Shown piece after piece: positions 1 to 9,748 of a stretch of 43,102 nucleotides of DNA. The DNA comes from Leptospirales bacterium (GTDB lineage: Bacteria > Spirochaetota > Leptospiria > Turneriellales > JAOUFE01), in contig JBEQLE010000035.1 of NCBI GenBank assembly GCA_040326155.1, positions 1 to 43,102 on the forward strand. The letters are read 5' to 3'. The number at the start of each line of letters is the position of its first letter. Position 1 is the first letter of the stretch. The position numbers and the translations under genes are program-made. The notes under the pieces were generated by a model. It was not told the DNA's origin and did no database searches. It saw nothing but the letters and a program-made list of their open reading frames with translations.

Positions 1-73
1 AACAATCGGCTATGGCCCGGGCGAAACGAAACAACGATCCAGTAAATCCATATTTATTGATCAAACCGGGTAA
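1..73 (+). CDS. 3' end of probable flagellar export chaperone FlgN (partial)
   Basis: Frame 2 reads TIGYGPGETKQRSSKSIFIDQTG* ending 17 nt before flgK; position and C-terminal style fit flgN. Confidence 0.5.
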   Translation, partial: TIGYGPGETKQRSSKSIFIDQTG

Positions 74-90
74 TACGAAAAGGAGTTCGT

Positions 91-1998
91 ATGGGATCCA
101 CATTTTCAGGACTGGAAATTGCAAGAAAAGGTCTTGCAGCACACCAGCAAGCGTTACAAACAACAGGGCACAATATTACCAATGCCAATAATAAGCATTA
201 TGCGCGACAAAGGGTAAATATATCTGCCTCCGATCCATTGTATAACCCATCGTTGAACCGTGCGAACGGTCGTGGTATGGTTGGCCAGGGTGTAGAAATT
301 CAAAGTATTGAAAGAATACGCGATGAATTTGTAGATGACCGAATTATTTCAAACCAGCAAGAGAAGTCATACTGGTCGGTGCAGAAAAGTTTTTATAAGA
401 AAATTGAAAACATATTAGACCAAAATGCCCCACACAGTATAAACCACTCCTTGAATAATTTGTGGAAAGCTTTTCAAGACTTAAACGACTATCCCGAAGA
501 ACAAGCTAATCGTAATATTATTAAAGAGAATGCCAATGCGGTGATATCGAATATTCACCATGCTCATAGTGAACTTCAAAATTTACGACTGGAAGCGGAC
601 AGCAATGTAAGACAGACAGTAAATGAAATCAATAATATTTCAACGGAAATACGAGACCTGAACGAAAGAATCTTAAAGTCTAAGGCGATTGGGGACAGCC
701 CGAACGACCTTATGGACAGAAGAGACATGCTGATCGAGAAACTTTCCCAGTTGGCCGACATCTCTGTTTCACGACTGGATAAAGATGAGATTATGGTTTA
801 TATTGGCGGCGAAATGTTGATTCAAGGCGAATCGCAAAACAGACTTGCTGTTGAAAATGACCCAGGCAATGAAGGCCTGGCAAAAGTTACCTGGGAAAAA
901 GACGGGTCCAACGTAAATGTACAAAATGGAAGCCTGCATGGGTTTTTACATGTACGAGACAACGTTATTAAAGGTTATATCGACGATATAGATCTACTGG
1001 CAATTAACCTTCACGACACTATAAATGAAATACACCGCGATGGGTTCAGCTTAACAAAAGAAACCAACATCGATTTTTTCGAGATGCGTACTCTGCCCGA
1101 AGATATTAACGGAAATGCAGATCTCGACAATGATGGTCAAATTGACTCAACCACACTTTTTCGTGTTACGGGAAATAATAAAGTAAATGCAGAGCAGCCC
1201 GTTGGCTTAGACGGGGTTCTTACGTTTGTAAAAAACGATGAAGCTCATACCGAAGTTCAAATTTCTTATCGAGCGGATGATACGCTTGAAGATGTTATGA
1301 AACGGATAAACAAGACCGACGCTGGTGTTGTGGCTTACATGAACCATGAGGGCAAACTTGCTTTAAAGGCAACGAAAGCCGAAGATGATTCGGGCAAGAA
1401 TTTTATGCTCCGTCACATGGAAGATTCCGGTGAGTTGTTGGTTGGTTTTGCAGGTATACTGCAAGGGTCCGGAGAAGCGGGCGCTTTTGATTATCGTAAA
1501 ATTAATGAAATAATGAAGCTTCAGTCGAGTGGAGAAAATGTTACTTTTACGCCGGCTTTTCACCCTGCCGGGGGTATCAGTTTAAATCAGGAAATTAAAA
1601 ATAACCCTGGAAAAATTGCCGCAGGTTCTGGAACCGATGTGGGTGGAACCGGTGACCCTAATCAAGCAAACGGATCGAAAGATGGTTCCTTTTCATTACT
1701 AATGGCCCAGGCTTTACGACACAATTCTAATATGGTCGGTAATTCTTTGAATACCGAAGATTTCTTAAAAAACATGAATAGCAGACTTGGAGCTGAAAGT
1801 GCTACCGCCCAGTCGATGCATACATCGAAAGATCTGCTGATGCAAAACCTCGAACAAATAAGGCAGTCGGTAATGGGTGTGAATATGGATGAAGAGATGT
1901 CCAATATGGTACAATTTCAACATGCGTATAATGCATCTGCTAAAATTTTGCAGACAATGAATGAAATGCTCGATTATTTGATTAATCGTTTGGGATAA
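91..1998 (+). CDS. flgK: Flagellar hook-associated protein 1
   Basis: N-term MGSTFSGLEIARKGL..LQTTGHNI.N; C-term GVNMDEEMSNMVQFQHAYNASAK; SD AGGAG. Confidence 0.97.
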   Translation: MGSTFSGLEIARKGLAAHQQALQTTGHNITNANNKHYARQRVNISASDPLYNPSLNRANGRGMVGQGVEIQSIERIRDEFVDDRIISNQQEKSYWSVQKSFYKKIENILDQNAPHSINHSLNNLWKAFQDLNDYPEEQANRNIIKENANAVISNIHHAHSELQNLRLEADSNVRQTVNEINNISTEIRDLNERILKSKAIGDSPNDLMDRRDMLIEKLSQLADISVSRLDKDEIMVYIGGEMLIQGESQNRLAVENDPGNEGLAKVTWEKDGSNVNVQNGSLHGFLHVRDNVIKGYIDDIDLLAINLHDTINEIHRDGFSLTKETNIDFFEMRTLPEDINGNADLDNDGQIDSTTLFRVTGNNKVNAEQPVGLDGVLTFVKNDEAHTEVQISYRADDTLEDVMKRINKTDAGVVAYMNHEGKLALKATKAEDDSGKNFMLRHMEDSGELLVGFAGILQGSGEAGAFDYRKINEIMKLQSSGENVTFTPAFHPAGGISLNQEIKNNPGKIAAGSGTDVGGTGDPNQANGSKDGSFSLLMAQALRHNSNMVGNSLNTEDFLKNMNSRLGAESATAQSMHTSKDLLMQNLEQIRQSVMGVNMDEEMSNMVQFQHAYNASAKILQTMNEMLDYLINRLG

Positions 1999-2015
1999 AT
2001 TAGAAGGTTATTATT

Positions 2016-3272
2016 ATGATGCGCGTTACAAATAACATGATTCATTCGAACCTGGTGAACAACTTAAATCGCCAGCAAGAAGCAATGTCAAAGAATCAAA
2101 TGGAGGGTTCAACAGGAACCCGTATTAACTCCCCCTCAGATGACCCAGCTGGCTCCGCTCGAAAAATGTTTTATGAAACCCGATTGGCCGAGTACGAGCA
2201 ATATGGTAAAAATGTAGTATCTGCGAAAGGCAGAATGGAATTCACAGATGGGCAGTTGGCGGCCGTAACTGATATTTTACATAGAATTCGCGAAATTACC
2301 GTACAAGCGGCGAATGGTACTTATAATGAATTTGACAGAAGTGAAGCGGCTGGCCGAGAAGTAGAAGAGCTATTGATGGGTCTGGTTGATATTGCTAACT
2401 CAAAAGACCCTACAGGTCGAAATCTGTTTGGCGGCAGCGTTATTGAAAGAGAAGCGTTTCGTCCTATTTTTGCCAATAGTCTTGTTGAGGGTGTGGACAA
2501 TGGTCGAGCTTTAACCGGCGTTGTGTACCAGGGCGATAACCTTGGTTTAGCAAGAGAAATTGAACGCGGTACACAAGTCGATGTGAGCACACCGGGCAGC
2601 AAAGCTTTCTGGGGAACGAACATGACGATTTCTTCCAATCAAGATGCGTCGAACTTTGTGGCGCTTGGCGATGGTTCGTTTTCAATCGATGGAATTCGTA
2701 TTGAAGTAAATGCAGGCGACAACCTGGATGATATTGTAAATAAAATCAATAATTCACCAATTGAAGTTTCGGCGTCTGTTGGTGGTAATAATGGTCTGGT
2801 CTTAACCTCCGATACCCCCCATCAAATCTGGATGGAAGATCGGGCGGGCGGAACCATTCTACAAGATCTGGGTTTAATCGACCCTGCGAACACCACCCCT
2901 GGTAATAATATAAACCCCGCCGCTATTGTCGCGGGGCAGTCCATTTTTGACGTTGTAATACAACTTCGCGATGACCTTTTAAATAATGATGTGTTATCCA
3001 TTGGCGGAAGAGACCTCGAAGGGCTCGATATGGCGATGGAAAATGTTCTGCGGTACCAGGCTGAAGTAAGCAGCCGGGTTGGCAGACTGGATAAACATTA
3101 TCGTCGGTTAACGTGGGATCATACCATGACCCAGGAATTGAGATCGAAAAATGAATCGGTTGATTTTGCCGAAACGATAATGAATTTTAAATGGCTTGAA
3201 AATGTTCATGGCTACACACTTCGTGTAGGCGCGGACCTCATTAAACCAACTCTGATGGATTTTCTAAGGTGA
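2016..3272 (+). CDS. flgL: Flagellar hook-associated protein 3
   Basis: MRVTNNM...STG.RINSPSDDP; C-term PTLMDFLR; follows flgK. Confidence 0.96.
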   Translation: MMRVTNNMIHSNLVNNLNRQQEAMSKNQMEGSTGTRINSPSDDPAGSARKMFYETRLAEYEQYGKNVVSAKGRMEFTDGQLAAVTDILHRIREITVQAANGTYNEFDRSEAAGREVEELLMGLVDIANSKDPTGRNLFGGSVIEREAFRPIFANSLVEGVDNGRALTGVVYQGDNLGLAREIERGTQVDVSTPGSKAFWGTNMTISSNQDASNFVALGDGSFSIDGIRIEVNAGDNLDDIVNKINNSPIEVSASVGGNNGLVLTSDTPHQIWMEDRAGGTILQDLGLIDPANTTPGNNINPAAIVAGQSIFDVVIQLRDDLLNNDVLSIGGRDLEGLDMAMENVLRYQAEVSSRVGRLDKHYRRLTWDHTMTQELRSKNESVDFAETIMNFKWLENVHGYTLRVGADLIKPTLMDFLR

Positions 3273-3730
3273 AAAAAATGAAAATAGAAACAAAAGCGTA
3301 CGGCGATATAGAAATAACAGAAGATGATGTAATCAGGTTTCCAAATGGAATACCTGCGTTCGAAGATTATACCAGGTTTATTGTACTTTCCGATGAGGAG
3401 CAAAGTCCCTTTCATTGGTTGCAAAGTATAGACGACCCTAACCTGGCGTTTTTAATAATGGACCCAGGTATATTAATGCCGGAATATCAACCAGAAGTTC
3501 TTGCTCATGAAGTGAAAACTTTATTCGGCGATACAAACTACGAGAATTTGAATCTGTGGTGTATCTTGACTATTCCAAAAAGTCATCCGGAAAATATGAC
3601 AATTAATTTACAAGGTCCGGTTTTAATCAGTCTCGAAAAAAAACTGGGTGGACAGTTTATATCCAATGATGACAGTCATCAAGTAAGGACGCCTGTTCTC
3701 GAATTATCGGAGGCCGGTGAAACCGCTTAA
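3269..3730 (+). CDS. fliW: Flagellar assembly factor / CsrA antagonist
   Basis: [33 protein letters not shown] motifs; between flgL and csrA. Confidence 0.95.
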   Translation: MKKMKIETKAYGDIEITEDDVIRFPNGIPAFEDYTRFIVLSDEEQSPFHWLQSIDDPNLAFLIMDPGILMPEYQPEVLAHEVKTLFGDTNYENLNLWCILTIPKSHPENMTINLQGPVLISLEKKLGGQFISNDDSHQVRTPVLELSEAGETA

Positions 3731-3963
3731 TGCTGGTATTGAGTAGAAAAGTAAACGAATCCATAATAATAGGTGAAAACATCGAAGTGATGGTTGTCGA
3801 AGTAAAAGGCGACCAGGTGAAACTTGGTATTAACGCTCCGAAAGATATATCGTTATATCGCGGTGAAATCTTTCAGGCAATTCAGGAAGAAAATCGGGAA
3901 GCGGCGTTGTCGCACCTGCCTGAAAAAGCCGGCGATATGATTCGATTGAAAAAGAAAAAATAA
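3730..3963 (+). CDS. csrA: Carbon storage regulator CsrA
   Basis: [15 protein letters not shown]...[22 protein letters not shown] coupling to fliW. Confidence 0.97.
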   Translation: MLVLSRKVNESIIIGENIEVMVVEVKGDQVKLGINAPKDISLYRGEIFQAIQEENREAALSHLPEKAGDMIRLKKKK

Positions 3964-3976
3964 TTCTTGTTTTAGT

Positions 3977-5626
3977 TTAAATTCTAATAATATTTATAAA
4001 AGGGTTTTTTTGTAAAACCACAAGGTTGATTTTGGCTATTTTCTGCTGAAGCTTTTTATTTGCATTTAAAGATTCGCTGGCAGCATTGGCCTTTAACACT
4101 TCTTTTATTTTAGTTTCCAGATCTGGAATATGTTTCTGAATAAAATTCTTTGTGCCGGTACCAACATATTGAAGCCGTACAAGCTCCCAACTGTTTTCTT
4201 GTATAATAACATTGCAAATGCCGGACGTAGAAAGACTTCTTCTGTGGCGATACAAAGAAGGATCAAAATGCAGCTCACCGGGCTCTTTAAGACCTGGCGA
4301 CGAATCGAAACTGACAATTCTGTTAAAATCGGGGCAGAGTTCATATAGAGTTCCTTCGGTTAGAACTTTAACCTGAGATGACTTTGGAACGAGTTCTGCA
4401 ACACCTTGAAAATGGATGGGGTCACCGTGAACGGGTATAATGGTTTCGGGTTTTACCCAGTCGATGAGTTTGCGTAAATCGTCCTTTCTGGCATGTCCAC
4501 TGGTATGAACAACAGGGTGTTCATCGGCTATACCAACAATGGGAGTTCCTCTTAAGGCAATATTATTCAGAGCTTCATACACATACTCGGTATTGGAGGG
4601 AATAATCGAGCCGGAATAAATTAAGAGGTCTTTGGAGGTACAATGAAGTTTTGATAGTTCATTTTCAGCCAGACGGCGAAAAGAGGAACCTTCATCAGCC
4701 TGGCATCCGGCGACTATCCAGATGGCCCTGGCGTTTTGCGGAGAAGGGTTATTTAAGCGCGTTGAAGGCTTTGGAAATTCCTCCGATTCAAACGCTGCTT
4801 GAAGATGAACGCGAATAGAACGACCTCGAATTCCAACCGGACGCCCCGTTTTTTCGGCAATTTCATAAATATATCGAATTCTTTCGATTTGCGATGAAAA
4901 GGTGGTAATAAAAATTCGTCCTTCCCAGTTACGAATTGTTTTTTCAAGTCCTTTAATGACTTCCGTTTCATCTGGAGCGCTTCCTGAGCTTAGCGAACCA
5001 GTAGAGTCGCAAAAAAGGTAATCGACCGGGCCGTATTTTTTTATATCTTTGGGAGAGTGGCGTTTTTCGACACCATGTATTTTAAAATCACTTGAAAAAT
5101 ATATTTTTTTGCCCTCTGGGGTTTCAATACCAACAGAAAAAGTCTGGGGTATAGAATGTGGCATAAAAAAAGAGGACAGGCGAAATGGTCCTTCCGTAAA
5201 AACTGCGTTTTGATCAACTATTCGAAATGAAAATTTATCGATGGCAAGGTCGAGTTCTTTGAGGCGTGTTTTCAGCATAGAAAGCGTAAACGGACTGGCA
5301 TACACCGGTGTATTTGCAGGTATTAAATCGTATAAAAAAGTAAAAGCGCCAATGTGATCTTCATGAGCGTGCGTTAATATAATAACATTTGGTGGGAACT
5401 TTTTTACAATGTCGTAAGATGGGATAGTACGTTGTAGACCAGGTTGGTCATAGGCCGGAAACCCTGCCCCGGTATCAATCCATAAAGTGAAGCCATTGTT
5501 TTGAAAAACAGTAAAATTCTGTCCAAAACGCCCTACCCCGCCTCCGAAAAGAAAATAAGTTTTATCGGGTTTTAAACGAAGTTGCTGGTCCGAATTTTCG
5601 GGTTTAATGTTTTCCTGTAGATCCAA
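3977..5626 (-). CDS. rnj: Ribonuclease J-like metallo-beta-lactamase/beta-CASP nuclease
   Basis: GGVGRFGQN, THAHEDH, HSIP, SDFK, TFSSQIER, HTSGHA, PVHGD motifs; likely TTG start at 5626 after AGGAG (ORF track extends to 5710). Confidence 0.85.
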   Translation of the reverse strand: MDLQENIKPENSDQQLRLKPDKTYFLFGGGVGRFGQNFTVFQNNGFTLWIDTGAGFPAYDQPGLQRTIPSYDIVKKFPPNVIILTHAHEDHIGAFTFLYDLIPANTPVYASPFTLSMLKTRLKELDLAIDKFSFRIVDQNAVFTEGPFRLSSFFMPHSIPQTFSVGIETPEGKKIYFSSDFKIHGVEKRHSPKDIKKYGPVDYLFCDSTGSLSSGSAPDETEVIKGLEKTIRNWEGRIFITTFSSQIERIRYIYEIAEKTGRPVGIRGRSIRVHLQAAFESEEFPKPSTRLNNPSPQNARAIWIVAGCQADEGSSFRRLAENELSKLHCTSKDLLIYSGSIIPSNTEYVYEALNNIALRGTPIVGIADEHPVVHTSGHARKDDLRKLIDWVKPETIIPVHGDPIHFQGVAELVPKSSQVKVLTEGTLYELCPDFNRIVSFDSSPGLKEPGELHFDPSLYRHRRSLSTSGICNVIIQENSWELVRLQYVGTGTKNFIQKHIPDLETKIKEVLKANAASESLNANKKLQQKIAKINLVVLQKNPFINIIRI

Positions 5627-6050
5627 AGCCACCTTCTCCTCTTTCAGTTTGCCCCAGAGTGGTTTCGACCCACTCAATTTCATAAGTTTTTTCGAGTACG
5701 AGCTGTGCAATTCTATCGTGAGGTTTTATTGTCACGAGTTTGTCGCCCAGGTTTATCGTTAGAATTTGAATTTCTCCGCGAAAATCTGAGTCGATGGTTC
5801 CGGGGGAGTTGACCATCGTCAGGCCTTCTTTAATCGCCAGACCGGACCTTGGACGAACACTCAAAATAAAGCCTTGTGGAATTTCGACCCGTAAACCGGT
5901 GGCGATGGCTTTTCGCTGCCCCGGTTTCAGTTCAATTTCACTGTCTAAAGCAGCCCTTATGTCGTATGCTCCGGCGCCGACTGTCTTTTTCTCCGGTAGA
6001 GAAAAACCTTCGCGCAATAATTCAAATTTTACTTGAACAAGGTCACTCAT
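5604..6050 (-). CDS. dut: dUTP diphosphatase
   Basis: AGAYDI, RPRSGLA, NSPGTIDSDFRGEI, RIAQL, RGEGGFGSTG. Confidence 0.97.
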   Translation of the reverse strand: MSDLVQVKFELLREGFSLPEKKTVGAGAYDIRAALDSEIELKPGQRKAIATGLRVEIPQGFILSVRPRSGLAIKEGLTMVNSPGTIDSDFRGEIQILTINLGDKLVTIKPHDRIAQLVLEKTYEIEWVETTLGQTERGEGGFGSTGKH

Positions 6051-6171
6051 TAATTAAACGAAAATAATCAAGTGAATGGTGGTGGCAAGTAAAAACAGGG
6101 GGTGCGCGTATATATGTATGAGCGTTACGGTGTGGGTAATTAGCCCGGAATTTTCCAGAGCGGGCTGGGTA

Positions 6172-6735
6172 TTACCAGTAATCGCCGGGTTTGTAATATA
6201 TGAATTCGAAGTGTTGGTGTCTTATGCCAATGGTGTGGAATCTCACACCACGGTAAATCTTAATACCCAGGCATTTCCACGCCGGACCACTGAACCTGCC
6301 ATTACGGTCCCGGGAGCGCCCAATATAGGGAAACTTGCTCACCAAATCATCCAGATACATCGCCAGCGCCAGACGAACCAGATGACTCATCGTGCATCCC
6401 ATTTTAGCAGCAGCAATTCGAATAAACAGCTCGTCCTTACCGTACAGACAAAGTCGATGTCTGTGCTTCTTCTGACTATTGCCTCTTTCGCTTCGCACCA
6501 CGTCATTTAGCTTCGTAATTTTAGCCGAGCGCAACCCCGCATTTTCGTCATCTGGATGAAATTGCCCGCTTCGTTTAATCATCCGAAAAACAGCATACCG
6601 AACCACCCAGGAATGGGTTCTGAATGTACAGATTGCCACCCATTTTACTTTATTCCAGGACAAAGGAGGTAGCCGAATTTCTAAAACATTGTCAATGGGT
6701 ACCTTCAATTTTCGATACGTAGTTATATTCTTCAT
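6172..6735 (-). CDS. Hypothetical protein with two ribbon-helix-helix-like repeats (DUF1564-like)
   Basis: VLEIRLPPLSWNKVKWVA..TFRTHSWVVRYAV and HRLCLYGKDELFIRIAAAKMGCTMSHLVRLAL both fit beta-alpha-alpha RHH spacing. Confidence 0.55.
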   Translation of the reverse strand: MKNITTYRKLKVPIDNVLEIRLPPLSWNKVKWVAICTFRTHSWVVRYAVFRMIKRSGQFHPDDENAGLRSAKITKLNDVVRSERGNSQKKHRHRLCLYGKDELFIRIAAAKMGCTMSHLVRLALAMYLDDLVSKFPYIGRSRDRNGRFSGPAWKCLGIKIYRGVRFHTIGIRHQHFEFIYYKPGDYW

Positions 6736-7220
6736 ATAAGTGTAATAGGCAAAAGTTGGATTTTTTTTCAGTTTTTGCTATTTTTTTCGCCTTTAAGTTC
6801 ACACAAAAAATCCTTCGGTTTTTTGGCGATCTTTGTTAATCTAAAGTCGCCAACTTTACCATTGTTTCTTACGCGCACCCGTGCAATATGCTTCATACAA
6901 TTTTTTCTATTCGTAATGTTTTCGGTTATTCTTCTGGTAGGGAATTCCACACCCAGAATTTTCATAATTCGAAACCAATAATATAAAAGGGGTAGCGTAA
7001 AACCGCGTCGTAGACGTGGGTCTTTCGCCAAAATATTGTTCAAATTTCGACGGACCTTCGGCCTAAACGCTACCGCTATCGGCCTCAAGCCAGCCGAGGC
7101 GATAATCGAGTCGGTTGAATGCAATGCCTCTTTTCCCCGCATAATTTTATTTTTTGTAAAGTTTCTGTAAAACACAAATTTCTTGGTTTACTAAATGGGG
7201 ATGTGATATTATACGGATGA

Positions 7221-8174
7221 ATGCTTATTACATTCTGGGGAGTTCGTGGCTCTCTGGCATCACCGATGCGGACCGTTGAGTTTAAAATTAAATTGAGGGA
7301 TATTCTGTATTCTGTTCAAGGGCAAAAATTAAATAATGATGCACAAATTGATAAATTTATTGAAGCGCTTCCAGACGGGTTAAAAAATGTAACAGGTGGA
7401 AATACAACATGTGTTTCTGTAGAGGATTCCGATGGCGGTATTCATATTCTAGATGGCGGTTCGGGGCTGCGAGTTTTAGGCGATAGAATGATGAAAGGGG
7501 ACGCCGGCCAGGGAAAAGCAGAATTTAATATTTTTTTAACTCATACGCATTGGGACCATATTTGTGGAATTCCCTTTTTTAAGCCTTTATATATACCAGG
7601 CAATAAGGTAAATTTTTATTCGACTATTCCTGATCTTCATGAACGTTTACGGTACCAGCAAGATGAGCGATTTTTCCCAAAGGAATTTGATGATCTGGAG
7701 GCTGACAAAGTTTTTCATACAATGGAACCTAAAAAACCATTTGAGGTTAAACCGGGACTTATTGTAACTCCGTTTCCGTTGCGTCACCCTGGCGGCTCTT
7801 CTGCGTATAAATTTGAAAACGATAAAAAAGTTTTTATTTTTTCAACTGATGTGGAAATTACGGGTGCAGATTTAGAGAACGTAGATGATGGAATTACATT
7901 TTTTGATGATTGCGACGCTTTGGTGATTGACGCACAATACACTCTGGACGAGTCTTTTCAGAAGTTCGACTGGGGGCATACGAGCATTACGATGGCGGTC
8001 AATTGTGCCTCTCGTTGGAGAGCGAAAAACCTGTTTTTAACCCATCATGAACCTGCATATTCAGATCTAATGTTGAATCAGAATCTGGAATTGGCGAATG
8101 AACATGCTGAAGCATTGATGATCGACAATTTGAATATTTATCTGGCAAGGGAAGGAACAAAATTCCGCATATAA
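7221..8174 (+). CDS. MBL-fold metallo-hydrolase (phosphodiesterase-type)
   Basis: FWGVRGS, GGNTTCV, THTHWDH, HPGG, DAQY, WGH, THHEP motifs. Confidence 0.9.
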   Translation: MLITFWGVRGSLASPMRTVEFKIKLRDILYSVQGQKLNNDAQIDKFIEALPDGLKNVTGGNTTCVSVEDSDGGIHILDGGSGLRVLGDRMMKGDAGQGKAEFNIFLTHTHWDHICGIPFFKPLYIPGNKVNFYSTIPDLHERLRYQQDERFFPKEFDDLEADKVFHTMEPKKPFEVKPGLIVTPFPLRHPGGSSAYKFENDKKVFIFSTDVEITGADLENVDDGITFFDDCDALVIDAQYTLDESFQKFDWGHTSITMAVNCASRWRAKNLFLTHHEPAYSDLMLNQNLELANEHAEALMIDNLNIYLAREGTKFRI

Positions 8175-8177
8175 ACA

Positions 8178-8906
8178 ATGGGTTTGTGCCAAGGTCCTGA
8201 TGGTTCGTGTAGTTCCTGTTGTGGTTTATACAATCTTGATTTTTCCGTAAAAGAACGCGAAAAGTGGCTTACTACATCAACAAATAATTTCTTGCAACTG
8301 GACCTGACAGATTCACTGTCTGTGTATAAGTACAGACTCTCCGTTGAACCCAGTTTACGCTTAAAATCAATTCTAAACGATGTCTATGTTTGTCCTTTTA
8401 TTGGATGGGTAAATGGGGAAAAAACCAGAAGTGGTTGTTTGTTACACCCGGAGGGGTCGCCTCACCCAACAACGGACAAACTAGATCATCCTCAGAGTTA
8501 CTCTTTTTATGGGCAGAGTATTTGTCAAAATTATAATTGTTCTTCAAAATCGAAAGTGTTGCCGTTTACATGGAAATCTTTATGGCAAAAAAATATCGAT
8601 CCATTTTTATATGGAAGAGTTGTTTCGAACCATAATTTATTGAATGTGATCTCTGAAATTACACAGAATAAAAAATATTCGGTACAAAATCTACTTTCCA
8701 TCGTTTTAAAATATGCAGAAAAGTACCCGGTTCCCGTTACAAGTTTCGAGATGACTCTTTCATTTGGTTTTTATACTCCCGATCAATTGTGGGACGTGTT
8801 GGGGACTCTATTTGATAAACAATCTTATGGTAAGAATGCATTCGTCCTTACAAAAGAAGGAAAAAAAATCGGAAGTTCCATACGATCTGAAATGGCCAGA
8901 ATTTAA
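8178..8906 (+). CDS. Cys-rich hypothetical protein, possible Zn/Fe-S binding
   Basis: CQGPDGSCSSCCGLYN, CPFIG, GCLLHP, CQNYNC; starts 3 nt after MBL gene. Confidence 0.7.
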   Translation: MGLCQGPDGSCSSCCGLYNLDFSVKEREKWLTTSTNNFLQLDLTDSLSVYKYRLSVEPSLRLKSILNDVYVCPFIGWVNGEKTRSGCLLHPEGSPHPTTDKLDHPQSYSFYGQSICQNYNCSSKSKVLPFTWKSLWQKNIDPFLYGRVVSNHNLLNVISEITQNKKYSVQNLLSIVLKYAEKYPVPVTSFEMTLSFGFYTPDQLWDVLGTLFDKQSYGKNAFVLTKEGKKIGSSIRSEMARI

Positions 8907-9691
8907 GAATGTGGATGATCTGTTTTTGGAATTTCGGGAAGTCGAAGAGCATCGATACCCTCACCTAAAAAGACAACAGACTTTTGAACAACAGTTGCTA
9001 CGGACTGACTATTTAAAAAAGAGTGTTCTTCAAAACGGGGATCGTATGCAATTAATTCGGTTCGGTTGGTACATTTTGTTCCGTGATTGCCAATATCCTC
9101 ATTTATATCGGCCCAGAAATTTTTTACACTTCTTAAAAATGTGGCGCCCTCGTTTAAATATTGTCTGGCATATCTTCTTCTCATTTCAAGTAGCTGGCTT
9201 TTTGCGTCGTCACGCGTTGCAATGTTATAATCTTCTTGAGTTTCGGCAAACATCTTTTCATATCTTTTGCAGTTTGCTAAAATCGAGTAATGGGTATCTC
9301 GCTCATTATTCAAGGAGTAGTCCAGTTTTACATGTTTATCGAAAAGGGCGGTCATAAATACCCCTTCCCAGGCACGTAAAATGGTATACATAAGATTTAC
9401 ATCTTTGTCGGTACTGCTGGGGCAAATTAATGTCATTGGAAACTTGCGTAAAAGTGTGTACTTCGTAAAATCGGGTTCATTTGAAGATTTTTTACCGTCG
9501 TCAAGTGTAGGCGCAGCTTCATACAGACCATGCGGATCGAGTTCCTCAATGCGCTCTTTAATTTTCTTTAACTCTACTTTTGATCGCTGTAGTTGCTCCG
9601 CGCTTCTTGAGGTGCGAATTAGCCCCTCGTACTGCTTTTCAAGTTTTTTAAACTTCGTAAGCTCTTCAGTTAGTTTAGATGATAGTGCCAT
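8903..9691 (-). CDS. Hypothetical protein with N-terminal coiled coil
   Basis: 262-aa ORF, normal composition. Confidence 0.75.
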   Translation of the reverse strand: MALSSKLTEELTKFKKLEKQYEGLIRTSRSAEQLQRSKVELKKIKERIEELDPHGLYEAAPTLDDGKKSSNEPDFTKYTLLRKFPMTLICPSSTDKDVNLMYTILRAWEGVFMTALFDKHVKLDYSLNNERDTHYSILANCKRYEKMFAETQEDYNIATRDDAKSQLLEMRRRYARQYLNEGATFLRSVKNFWADINEDIGNHGTKCTNRTELIAYDPRFEEHSFLNSQSVATVVQKSVVFLGEGIDALRLPEIPKTDHPHS

Positions 9692-9748
9692 TGCGCTAAT
9701 TTAATAATATTATCTTTTGTGTAAACTAAAAAAATAGTCTTTCTCACT

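Noticed and set aside
6768..7175. 135-aa minus-strand ORF
   Set aside because: GTG start without SD, no recognisable motif, overlaps hairpin-rich intergenic DNA
8764..9357. 197-aa plus-strand ORF and the many other short ORFs inside long genes
   Set aside because: Antisense or alternate-frame shadows of better-supported genes
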